This document shows, in pieces, positions 17,298 through 25,628 of a stretch of 64,000 bases of DNA (the first letter of the stretch is position 1; each line of letters opens with the position of its first letter). A program made the translations under genes and the position numbers. The stretch spans positions 30,698 to 94,697 of the forward strand of contig SVQX01000001.1 in NCBI GenBank assembly GCA_015065065.1. The letters run 5' to 3'. The notes below the pieces were generated by a model. That model saw nothing but the letters and a program-made list of their open reading frames with translations. It was not told where the DNA came from and searched no databases. This DNA comes from Oscillospiraceae bacterium. GTDB lineage: Bacteria > Bacillota > Clostridia > Oscillospirales > CAG-272.

Positions 17298-18776
17298 ATG
17301 AAAAACAAGCTCTTGGCAGCGCTCGCCGTTCTTTTTGCACTCAGCCTTGCGGCGTGCAACACAAGCGACGGTGGCGACACCACCACAGACACCACGGCAC
17401 TCACTGACATCGGCACGGTTGAAAGCACCGTCCAAACCGAAACGCAATCGGAAACGGAAACGGATACAGAAACGGAAACAGCGACGGAAACCGAAACCGT
17501 CACCGAAACAGAGGAAGCTACGACCGTACACACTCATCTGTACGGCGAGTGGTCGGTTATATCACCGCCTACCTGCACCAAGAGCGGCAAGATGGTACGC
17601 GAATGCGAGTGCGGTGACAAGGAGGTAGAACCCCTCGACGAGCTTGGTCACACGGAGGTCCTCTTAGAAGCGATAGCTCCAACCTGCACCAAAACAGGAC
17701 TTGCCGAGGGCAAGCGCTGCGCCACCTGCAAAAAAACGCTTGTCAAGCAAACTGTCCTTCCCGTTCTGCACGATTACTCCGACAACGCTTGCTCAAAATG
17801 CGGCGAGCCGACACCGAGCGAGGGACTTCAATATAATTATAATTCCAAAACAAGCTCATACACCGTTGCAGGTATCGGACTGTGTACGGATATTGATATA
17901 GTTATTGCGGGCAGCTACAACGGGAAGCCCGTCACCGGCATTGAGGACTATGCATTTTGGCATGAAAACATTCGAAGCCTTGTGGTTGGAAGCGGAATAA
18001 CCAGCATTGGCGATTATGCATTCGACGGCTCCTACTTCATGACAGATCTCACCATCTCAAGCACCGTCAACCAAATCGGCAGCTATGCGTTCAGCAATTG
18101 CAAGACCTTGGAGAGTATCACAGTGGACCCCGACAACAAGCAGTATTACAGTAAGGATAACTGCCTGATAGCCAAAGACACCGACACGCTCCTTCGAGGA
18201 AGCATAAGCGGAATTATTCCCGATGGAGTAAGAACGATTGGTGATGAAGCCTTTGCCGGAATTAGGGATCTGAATATTCCAAGTAGTGTTACAAGCATTT
18301 CCGGTAAGGCTTTTATCGAATGTAGCGGACTGAATACCATTACAGTATCTTCCGATAATCAATACTATTACAGTGACGGCAACTGCATAATAGAAAAAAA
18401 GACCAACACGCTCACCCTCGGATGTAAAAACAGCATAATCCCTGAGGGCGTGGAGAAAATAGGCGAACGTGCATTTTGGGGCTGCCTCGGTCTTGAAAGC
18501 ATAACGATTCCCGACGGAGTAGCAAGCATTGGGTCGTATGCATTTTACAATTGTATTTCACTTGAGGAAATAACCATTGGCAAAGACGTAACAATGATCG
18601 ATTCCATAGCATTCTATGCTTGCTCCTCGCTGTCCAAGGTGACGTTTGCCGTGCCTGACGGCTGGATGGCAGGCAGCACAAGCCTTTTCGGACTCAGTGA
18701 CTTTAATACCGCGGCTACATATTTGAAGGATACGTATTATTCATACACGTGGACGCGTCTGTTGCTTGTTGACTGA
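17298..18776 (+). CDS. LRR lipoprotein with TE-rich linker and Cys-rich stalk (paralog 1)
   Basis: 492 aa with lipobox LSLAAC, a (T/E)n tract and an 8-Cys module at residues 78-170, followed by BspA-type LRRs. RBS is aaggagg. Confidence 0.85.
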   Translation: MKNKLLAALAVLFALSLAACNTSDGGDTTTDTTALTDIGTVESTVQTETQSETETDTETETATETETVTETEEATTVHTHLYGEWSVISPPTCTKSGKMVRECECGDKEVEPLDELGHTEVLLEAIAPTCTKTGLAEGKRCATCKKTLVKQTVLPVLHDYSDNACSKCGEPTPSEGLQYNYNSKTSSYTVAGIGLCTDIDIVIAGSYNGKPVTGIEDYAFWHENIRSLVVGSGITSIGDYAFDGSYFMTDLTISSTVNQIGSYAFSNCKTLESITVDPDNKQYYSKDNCLIAKDTDTLLRGSISGIIPDGVRTIGDEAFAGIRDLNIPSSVTSISGKAFIECSGLNTITVSSDNQYYYSDGNCIIEKKTNTLTLGCKNSIIPEGVEKIGERAFWGCLGLESITIPDGVASIGSYAFYNCISLEEITIGKDVTMIDSIAFYACSSLSKVTFAVPDGWMAGSTSLFGLSDFNTAATYLKDTYYSYTWTRLLLVD

Positions 18777-18836
18777 ACGACCATACGTTAACCGCCCGCT
18801 TAAATTATTATTGTATATTTCAAAAGGAGGACATAA

Positions 18837-20372
18837 ATGAAAAACAAGCTCTTTACCGCTCTCGCCGTTCTTTTCGCGCTCAGCCTTGCGGCGTGTAACA
18901 TAGGCGACGACGGCGACACCACCACGGACACCACTGCGCTCCCTGATGTCAGCACAGTTGAAAGCACCGTGCAGACAGAAACGCAATCTGAAACGGAAGT
19001 TGAAACGACAACGGAAACCGCAGCCGCGACGGAAACCGAAACCACGGCTGAAACCGAAACCGTCACCGAAACGGAAGAAGCAACGACCGTACACACTCAC
19101 CTATACGGCGAGTGGGCAGTGATGACAAAACCAACCTGCACCAAGGGCGGCAAGATGGTACGCGAATGCGAGTGCGGTGACAAGGAGGTAGAACCCCTCG
19201 ACGAGCTTGGTCACACGGAGGTCCTCTTAGAAGCGGTAGCCCCAACCTGCACCAAAACAGGACTTTCCGAAGGTAAGCGCTGCGCCACCTGCAAAAAAAC
19301 TCTCGTAAAGCAGACGGTCCTCCCTGTCCTGCACGATTACGTCGATAACGCTTGCTCAAAATGCGGCGAGCCAACACCGAGCGAGGGACTAAAATATACT
19401 TATAACTCCAATACAGACTCCTACACGGTTACAAATATCGGAACGTGTACAGACGCCCATATAGTCATTTCCGGAAGCTACAATGGAAAGCCCGTGACCG
19501 GTATTGACGAATTTGCCTTTTGGAATGAGGAATTTACGAGTGTTACCATAGGAAACGGCATAAAAATTATTGGCGAAGGCGCTTTTGAGTCTTGCATCAA
19601 TCTTACCGACGTCACGATCTCGCAAACTGTTCAGCATATTGGTGAATATCCGTTTTCCTCCTGCGAGAATTTGGAAAGTGTTTCGGTATCCCACGCAAAC
19701 GATTATTATTACAGTGATGACAACTGCATAGTAGAGCTGCAAACGAGCAAGCTTATTCTCGGCAACAAAAACGGCATTATCCCCGAAGGCGTAAAAGTAA
19801 TCGGTGAGCAAGCCTTTTTCGGCTGCACGGGACTTAAGAGCCTGACAATACCCGACCATGTAACCAAAATTCCTGCGGCTGCATTTATAGGATGCTCCGG
19901 AATTGAAAGCCTGAGCGTTTCCCCGGATAATCCGTATTATTACAGCTCCGGCAACTGTATAATAGAAAAAAATACAAATGTCCTCATTCGCGGATGCCAG
20001 AACAGTATAATTCCCTACGGTGTAACCGCCATCGGTCCTCGGGCGTTTTCCGATTGCATCGGTCTTACGGAAATCACTATTCCAAACAGCGTGACCAGTA
20101 TTGGCGATCGCGCATTTAGCTTCTGTTCGCTTAAAAGCATAACAATCCCCGGAAGTATTCTGCAAATCGGTGAGTATGCATTTGATTTATGCCGCATGAC
20201 GAGTGTAACGTTTGAACACCCAACCACCTGGAAGGTGACCGGCTTTGATGAAAACTGTGACGAGATAAACGGCGTTACCGTTCCAAGCCTTAACGACCCG
20301 GAACAAGCGGCAAAATATTTGCAGGATATATATTTTGCATGCAAATGGACCCATATTTGGACTATCGGCTGA
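18837..20372 (+). CDS. LRR lipoprotein with TE-rich linker and Cys-rich stalk (paralog 2)
   Basis: 511 aa. The 5' UTR and the first ~190 codons nearly duplicate those of 17298..18776, while the LRR part has diverged. Confidence 0.85.
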   Translation: MKNKLFTALAVLFALSLAACNIGDDGDTTTDTTALPDVSTVESTVQTETQSETEVETTTETAAATETETTAETETVTETEEATTVHTHLYGEWAVMTKPTCTKGGKMVRECECGDKEVEPLDELGHTEVLLEAVAPTCTKTGLSEGKRCATCKKTLVKQTVLPVLHDYVDNACSKCGEPTPSEGLKYTYNSNTDSYTVTNIGTCTDAHIVISGSYNGKPVTGIDEFAFWNEEFTSVTIGNGIKIIGEGAFESCINLTDVTISQTVQHIGEYPFSSCENLESVSVSHANDYYYSDDNCIVELQTSKLILGNKNGIIPEGVKVIGEQAFFGCTGLKSLTIPDHVTKIPAAAFIGCSGIESLSVSPDNPYYYSSGNCIIEKNTNVLIRGCQNSIIPYGVTAIGPRAFSDCIGLTEITIPNSVTSIGDRAFSFCSLKSITIPGSILQIGEYAFDLCRMTSVTFEHPTTWKVTGFDENCDEINGVTVPSLNDPEQAAKYLQDIYFACKWTHIWTIG

Positions 20373-20392
20373 CCGTCTGTAAAATTGTAAGT

Positions 20393-20420
20393 AGCAGGCT
20401 CGTTTGAGCCTGCTGCTTTT
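20393..20420. terminator. bidirectional terminator
   Basis: agcaggctc-gttt-gagcctgct followed by gctttt. It lies between the stops at 20372 (+) and 20419 (-). Confidence 0.7.
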
Positions 20421-21078
20421 ACAATATCACAAAATGATTTTTTTTGTTTTCAATTATCCCTTCGCGCCTAAGCTTTCCTATCTCCACCGACAGACCGCTT
20501 CTGTCTACCTCAAGATAATCCGCCAGCTCCTGACGGTCAAACGGAATGACAAATTCCCGCGAACCCGCGCTTTTGGATTGCATATTCAAGTATGACAACA
20601 GCTTCTCCCTTGTGGTACGCTTTGACGTTATCTCTATTCGCTGATGAAACATTATGGTCTTGGACGCAAGATCCTTCATTAAATTATAAATAAGCTGCTG
20701 ATGAAATCCGCAATTATTTGAGCAGGTGTGCAGTATATGACTGCTGTCAATGAGCATTACCTCGCTTGGCTCGTCGGCTATCACCGTCACGGGGAGCGAA
20801 TCCACCTCCGCACAGGCAAACGCCTCCGCAAAGACCTCCCCCGCCCTGATAACACTCAAAATATTGCGGTTGCCGTAATAGTCCACCTGAATTATCTGCA
20901 CCGAGCCGGATAGCAGTATTCCTATATATTTTGCCCGTGCTCCCTCCGCAAATACGGTGTATTTTTTGTCAAACGAAACCACCCGTCCCCCAAGGCAGGT
21001 AAGCATTCGGACAAGACTTTCGTCATCAATTTTATCAAACAACGGGCATTTTTTTAAAATTTCCAGATATTTTTTCAA
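20419..21078 (-). CDS. Crp/Fnr-family transcriptional regulator
   Basis: 219 aa with an N-terminal cNMP-binding-like fold (LKKCPLFDKIDDESL) and a C-terminal HTH (RQELADYLEVDRSGLSVEIGKLRREGII). Confidence 0.88.
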   Translation of the reverse strand: MKKYLEILKKCPLFDKIDDESLVRMLTCLGGRVVSFDKKYTVFAEGARAKYIGILLSGSVQIIQVDYYGNRNILSVIRAGEVFAEAFACAEVDSLPVTVIADEPSEVMLIDSSHILHTCSNNCGFHQQLIYNLMKDLASKTIMFHQRIEITSKRTTREKLLSYLNMQSKSAGSREFVIPFDRQELADYLEVDRSGLSVEIGKLRREGIIENKKNHFVIL

Positions 21079-21218
21079 AATTTTTCTCCTTTTGTTGAAA
21101 ATTCAACATACTTTCTCCTTTAATTATACTATAATAAGGTCAGAAAATCAAGAGAAAATTGAAAAAAGCTGTGTGTTTATGCACATAATATTTTTACTGC
21201 AAAACACGGAGGATATTT

Positions 21219-22253
21219 ATGAAAATAGCATTCTTTGATGCCAAGCCCTACGACAAGCCGTCATTCGACAAAAGCGGCGCGGAGCTTGGAGTGGAATACA
21301 AGTACTTTGAAACCAAGCTTAACGAGGACACGGTAGAGCTTGCAAGCGGCTTTGACGGTGTGTGCGTATTCGTCAACGACACCGTAAACGCCCGCGTTAT
21401 CGACCGACTTCACGAAATGGGTATCGGTATCGTCGCGCTTCGCTGTGCGGGATTTAACAACGTGGATATGGCGCACGCCTACGGCAAGGTACATGTTCTC
21501 CGCGTACCCGCTTACTCCCCTTACGCCGTAGCCGAGCATACCATGGCGTTGCTTCTCACCTCTATCCGACGCATCCACAAGGCATATATCCGTACGAGAG
21601 ATTTCAATTTCAGTCTTGCGGGAATGACGGGATTTGACCTTCACTCAAAAACCGTCGGCGTTATCGGCACGGGACGTATCGGCAGAGTGTTTATTGATAT
21701 CTGCCGCGGCTTCGGAATGAAGGTGCTTGCATACGACAAATACCCAGCCGAGGGACTTGACAACGGGGACACTGTAAGATACACCTCCCTTGACGAGCTT
21801 TTTGAACAAAGCGATATTATTTCCCTGCACTGCCCGCTGACGGAGGACACCTACCACATCATTGACGGAGATTCGCTCGCAAAGTGCAAGCGCGGCGTTG
21901 TACTTCTCAACACCTCGCGCGGCGCTTTGGTTGATACCGAGGCGTTGCTGGAGGGAATCAAATCCCGAAGGGTAGGCGCGGCGTGCCTCGACGTGTACGA
22001 GGAAGAGGCGGATTTCTTCTTCCAAGACTTCTCCGGACATATTCTCGAGGACGACGTGTTGGCGCGGCTTATCTCCATGCCTAACGTCATAGTTACCTCC
22101 CATCAGGCGTTTCTCACCGAGGAGGCGCTGACCAACATTGCCGAAACCACCACGAATAATATCGTAAGCTTTACCAAATCGGGCAAATGCCCCAACGAGC
22201 TTTGCTACCGCGGCGGCTCGGCTGAGGACTGCAAAAGTGGAAAATGCTTTTAA
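21219..22253 (+). CDS. ldhA: D-lactate dehydrogenase / D-2-hydroxyacid dehydrogenase
   Basis: 344 aa. MKIAFFDAKPYDKPSFDK parallels the LdhA N-terminus. The NAD motif is GVIGTGRIG. It has a short Cys-containing C-terminal tail. Confidence 0.85.
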   Translation: MKIAFFDAKPYDKPSFDKSGAELGVEYKYFETKLNEDTVELASGFDGVCVFVNDTVNARVIDRLHEMGIGIVALRCAGFNNVDMAHAYGKVHVLRVPAYSPYAVAEHTMALLLTSIRRIHKAYIRTRDFNFSLAGMTGFDLHSKTVGVIGTGRIGRVFIDICRGFGMKVLAYDKYPAEGLDNGDTVRYTSLDELFEQSDIISLHCPLTEDTYHIIDGDSLAKCKRGVVLLNTSRGALVDTEALLEGIKSRRVGAACLDVYEEEADFFFQDFSGHILEDDVLARLISMPNVIVTSHQAFLTEEALTNIAETTTNNIVSFTKSGKCPNELCYRGGSAEDCKSGKCF

Positions 22254-22265
22254 AAGGAGAAGGCT

Positions 22266-22964
22266 ATGATACGAAAAATAATTAAGATAGACGAAGAAAA
22301 GTGTAACGGCTGCGGCGCTTGCGCCGCAGCGTGCCACGAGGGCGCTATACAAATGATAGAAGGCAAGGCAAGGCTGACGCGCGAGGACTACTGCGACGGA
22401 CTCGGAGATTGCCTTCCCGCCTGCCCCACGGGCGCTATTACCTTTGAGGAGCGGGAGGCTCCCGCCTACAACGCGGAGGCTGTAAAGCAAGCGAAGCAGG
22501 AAGCCTCTCAGCCTCCCCTCCCCTGCGGATGCCCCGGCACGAGTTCCAAGGTCATTCGCCGCAGTGCGGCATCATGCGCTCCGAGAGCATCGGCTGTTAC
22601 GAGTCAGCTCGCTCAATGGCCTTGTCAGATAAAGCTTGTTCCCGTAAACGCCCCCTATTTTGACGGCGCAAATCTGCTTATCGCGGCTGACTGTACGGCG
22701 TATGCGTACGGCAACTTCCACGAGGAATTCATCCGAAATCACATCACCCTTATCGGCTGCCCCAAGCTGGACGAGGGTGACTGGGCGGACAAGCTGGTGC
22801 GCATTATTTCCGGCAACAACATAAAGAGCGTTAAGGTAGTACGTATGGAAGTCCCCTGCTGCTGCGGCATTGAGAACGCCGTTAAGCGTGCGCTGATGGC
22901 AAGCGGAAAGCTGATCCCGTGGCAGATCGTCACCATTTCAACCGACGGAAAAATTTTGGACTGA
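22266..22964 (+). CDS. 4Fe-4S dicluster domain protein with Cys-rich C-terminal domain
   Basis: Contains the CNGCGACAAAC and CDGLGDCLPACP ferredoxin motifs. C-terminal blocks are ADCTAYAYGNF, IGCPKLD and MEVPCCCG. Confidence 0.8.
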   Translation: MIRKIIKIDEEKCNGCGACAAACHEGAIQMIEGKARLTREDYCDGLGDCLPACPTGAITFEEREAPAYNAEAVKQAKQEASQPPLPCGCPGTSSKVIRRSAASCAPRASAVTSQLAQWPCQIKLVPVNAPYFDGANLLIAADCTAYAYGNFHEEFIRNHITLIGCPKLDEGDWADKLVRIISGNNIKSVKVVRMEVPCCCGIENAVKRALMASGKLIPWQIVTISTDGKILD

Positions 22965-22993
22965 TTTCAAAAACTTATTGCAAAATTTCAAAA

Positions 22994-23015
22994 TTATGAT
23001 AAAATATAATCATAA
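22994..23015. promoter_or_regulatory. AT-rich palindrome (candidate Fur/PerR-family operator) over the flavodiiron gene promoter
   Basis: ttatgat-aaaatata-atcataa: 7-bp arms enclosing a TATAAT hexamer, about 26 nt upstream of the ATG at 23041. Confidence 0.35.
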
Positions 23016-23040
23016 CAAATCTGTAAGTGAGGTAAAAGCT

Positions 23041-24831
23041 ATGCACATTACAAGCGATATCAAATATATCGGAGTCAATGACCGCCGTGTTGATCTGTTC
23101 GAGGGTCAGTATGTCGTTCCAAACGGAATATCCTACAATTCCTATGCAATTATTGACGATAAGATCGCCATTATGGACACCGTAGACGTAAATTTCACCC
23201 ACGAGTGGCTGGACAATATTCAAAACACACTGGGTGACCGCACCCCCGACTATCTTATAATTCAGCACATGGAGCCTGACCATTCGGCAAATATCGTGAG
23301 CCTTATAAAAGCTTATCCCGACACAAAGATCGTTTCGTCGGCAAAGGCTTTTGCCATGATGAAAAACTTTTTCGGCACGGATTTTGCGGATAACCGCATA
23401 GTTGTCGGCGAGGGTGACACCCTCTCTCTCGGACGCCACACGCTCACCTTTGTTACAGCACCCATGGTGCATTGGCCAGAGGTTTTCGTCACCTACGACA
23501 GTACGGACAAGGTGCTGTTCTCGGCGGACGGATTTGGCAAATTCGGCGCGCTCGATGCAGACGAGCCCTGGGCGGACGAGGCGCGCAGATACTATATCGG
23601 TATCGTCGGAAAGTACGGCGCGCAGGTACAAAGCCTGCTGGGCAAGGCGGCGGGCCTTGATATTGAAAAGATATGCCCCCTCCACGGTCCTGTGCTTGAC
23701 TCCAATCTCGGATACTATCTCGACCTCTACAACACATGGTCGAGCTACCAGCCCGAGGAGGACGGTATCGTAGTCGCCTATACCTCGGTATACGGCAATA
23801 CCAAAAAGGCAGTTTTGAAGCTTGTCGAAAAGCTGAAAAAGAACGGCTGTCCTCGCGTCGCCGTCTACGATCTCGCCCGCTGTGATATGGCGGCGGCTGT
23901 GGCTGATGCATTCAGATACAGCAAGCTCGTGCTTGCCACCACGACCTATAATGCAGACATTTTCCCCTTCATGCGTGAGTTTATCGACCACTTGACCGAG
24001 CGCAGTTACAGCAACCGCACGGTGGCTCTTATCGAAAACGGAAGCTGGGCGCCGCTCGCCGCAAAGGTGATGCGCGGTATGCTGGAAAATTCAAAAAATC
24101 TTACCTTTACGGATACCACCGTTAAGATCCTGTCCGCACTGAACGAGGAAAGCTCCAAGCAGCTTGACGACCTTGCCGACGAGCTGTGCCGCGAGTATCT
24201 TGCTCAGCAGGATTCCACTGCGAACAAAAATGACCTCACCGCCCTCTTTAATATCGGCTACGGACTTTACGTCATAACCTCAAACGACGGCAAAAAGGAT
24301 AACGGTCTTATCGTCAATACCGTAACACAGGTCACAAATACCCCTAACCGTATTGCCGTGACCATAAACAAGGAGAACTACTCCCACCACGTCATAAAGC
24401 AGACGGGAGTCATGAACATCAACTGCCTTACTACCGACGCACCCTTCAAGGTATTTGAGACCTTCGGCTTCCAAAGCGGACGCAACGTGGACAAGTTTGC
24501 CGACTGCCAGCCTTTGCGCTCGGACAACGGACTTGTTTTCCTGCCCCGATATATCAATTCCTTCATGTCGCTCAAGGTTGAGCAGTATATCGATCTTGAT
24601 ACGCACGGAATGTTTATCTGCTCTGTCACCGAGGCAAGAGTCATCTCTGACCGCGAGACCATGACCTACTCTTACTACCACGAAAATGTAAAGCCGAAGC
24701 CCGCAACGGAGGGCAAGAAGGGCTACGTCTGCAAGATATGCGGCTACGTTTACGAGGGCGAGGAGCTGCCCGACGATTTTATCTGCCCGCTTTGCAAGCA
24801 CGGCGCGGCTGACTTTGAGGAAATAAAATAA
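23041..24831 (+). CDS. multidomain flavodiiron protein (FprA core fused to flavin-reductase-like and rubredoxin domains)
   Basis: Start at the ATG after gaggt. It has the metallo-beta-lactamase-like diiron motif HMEPDHS and a flavodoxin-like domain. These are followed by a flavin-reductase-like segment and a C-terminal rubredoxin (CKICGYVY...CPLCKHG). Confidence 0.88.
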   Translation: MHITSDIKYIGVNDRRVDLFEGQYVVPNGISYNSYAIIDDKIAIMDTVDVNFTHEWLDNIQNTLGDRTPDYLIIQHMEPDHSANIVSLIKAYPDTKIVSSAKAFAMMKNFFGTDFADNRIVVGEGDTLSLGRHTLTFVTAPMVHWPEVFVTYDSTDKVLFSADGFGKFGALDADEPWADEARRYYIGIVGKYGAQVQSLLGKAAGLDIEKICPLHGPVLDSNLGYYLDLYNTWSSYQPEEDGIVVAYTSVYGNTKKAVLKLVEKLKKNGCPRVAVYDLARCDMAAAVADAFRYSKLVLATTTYNADIFPFMREFIDHLTERSYSNRTVALIENGSWAPLAAKVMRGMLENSKNLTFTDTTVKILSALNEESSKQLDDLADELCREYLAQQDSTANKNDLTALFNIGYGLYVITSNDGKKDNGLIVNTVTQVTNTPNRIAVTINKENYSHHVIKQTGVMNINCLTTDAPFKVFETFGFQSGRNVDKFADCQPLRSDNGLVFLPRYINSFMSLKVEQYIDLDTHGMFICSVTEARVISDRETMTYSYYHENVKPKPATEGKKGYVCKICGYVYEGEELPDDFICPLCKHGAADFEEIK

Positions 24832-24856
24832 TTATTATAATAAAAGGAGAATTACT

Positions 24857-25369
24857 ATGATGAACGCAAAAGTACACCAGCTACTCAATCAGCAGATCAA
24901 CAAAGAATTTTACTCAGCTTACCTCTATCTCGATTTTTCAAATTACTTCAAGGCGCAGGGACTTGACGGCTTTGCAAATTGGTATATGATTCAGGCGCAG
25001 GAGGAAAGAGACCACGCCATGCTGTTCTACACCTACCTGCAAAATGAGGATATGCCCGTAACCCTTGAAGCAATAGCTAAGCCCGACAAGGTCTTTGCGA
25101 GCCACATGGACGTGCTGGAGGCAGGACTTGAGCATGAGCGGTACGTCACCTCCCTCATCAACGACATCTACGGTGCGGCTTACGACGTAAGAGATTTCCG
25201 CACCATGCAGTTCCTTGACTGGTTTGTAAAGGAGCAGGGCGAGGAGGAAACCAACGCCAAGGATATGATAACCAAAATGGAGCTGTTCGGCTCTGACCCC
25301 AAGAGCCTTTATATGCTCAATCAGGAGCTTGCGGCAAGAGTTTACACCGCACCCTCTCTGGTGCTGTAA
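24857..25369 (+). CDS. ferritin (non-haem)
   Basis: 170 aa. LNQQINKEFYSAYLYLDFSNYF and QAQEERDHAM are ferritin ferroxidase-site blocks. Confidence 0.9.
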   Translation: MMNAKVHQLLNQQINKEFYSAYLYLDFSNYFKAQGLDGFANWYMIQAQEERDHAMLFYTYLQNEDMPVTLEAIAKPDKVFASHMDVLEAGLEHERYVTSLINDIYGAAYDVRDFRTMQFLDWFVKEQGEEETNAKDMITKMELFGSDPKSLYMLNQELAARVYTAPSLVL

Positions 25370-25403
25370 TTACTTAAAAATAATTAAAAAGGAGGATTAT
25401 TAC

Positions 25404-25565
25404 CGTGAAAAAATACGTATGTGACGTTTGCGGATGGGAATATGACGAGGCTGTCGGCGATCCCGATAACGGCATCGCGCCCGGCACAAGGTTTGAGGAC
25501 CTTCCCGACGATTTTGAGTGCCCCCTCTGCGGAGTTGGCAAGGATAGCTTCAGCGAGGCGGAGTG
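25404..25565 (+). CDS. rubredoxin
   Basis: This 53-aa ORF is absent from the track. GTG start lies 9 nt after aggagg. It has the two-knuckle pattern [11 protein letters not shown]...[13 protein letters not shown]. Confidence 0.9.
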
Positions 25566-25573
25566 AATAAAGA

Positions 25574-25610
25574 AAGACCCTTTCTCGTGGGAAAGGGTCT
25601 CTCTTTATTT
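25574..25610. terminator. intrinsic terminator after rubredoxin
   Basis: Stem agaccctttc/ggaaagggtct followed by ctctttattttt. The convergent minus-strand gene also stops nearby, at 25629. Confidence 0.7.
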
Positions 25611-25628
25611 TTCACGTTTTTTTATGCA

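Noticed and set aside
21094-21107. gttgaaaattcaac palindrome as an FNR/CRP box for the adjacent Crp/Fnr regulator
   Set aside because: The half-site spacing is TTGA-N4-TCAA, not the TTGAT-N4-ATCAA (TTGA-N6-TCAA) geometry of FNR/CRP sites. It is kept only as a weak candidate.
22975-23991. 338-aa minus-strand ORF
   Set aside because: It is antisense to the flavodiiron protein gene, which has clear catalytic motifs. The ORF has no RBS and no family resemblance.
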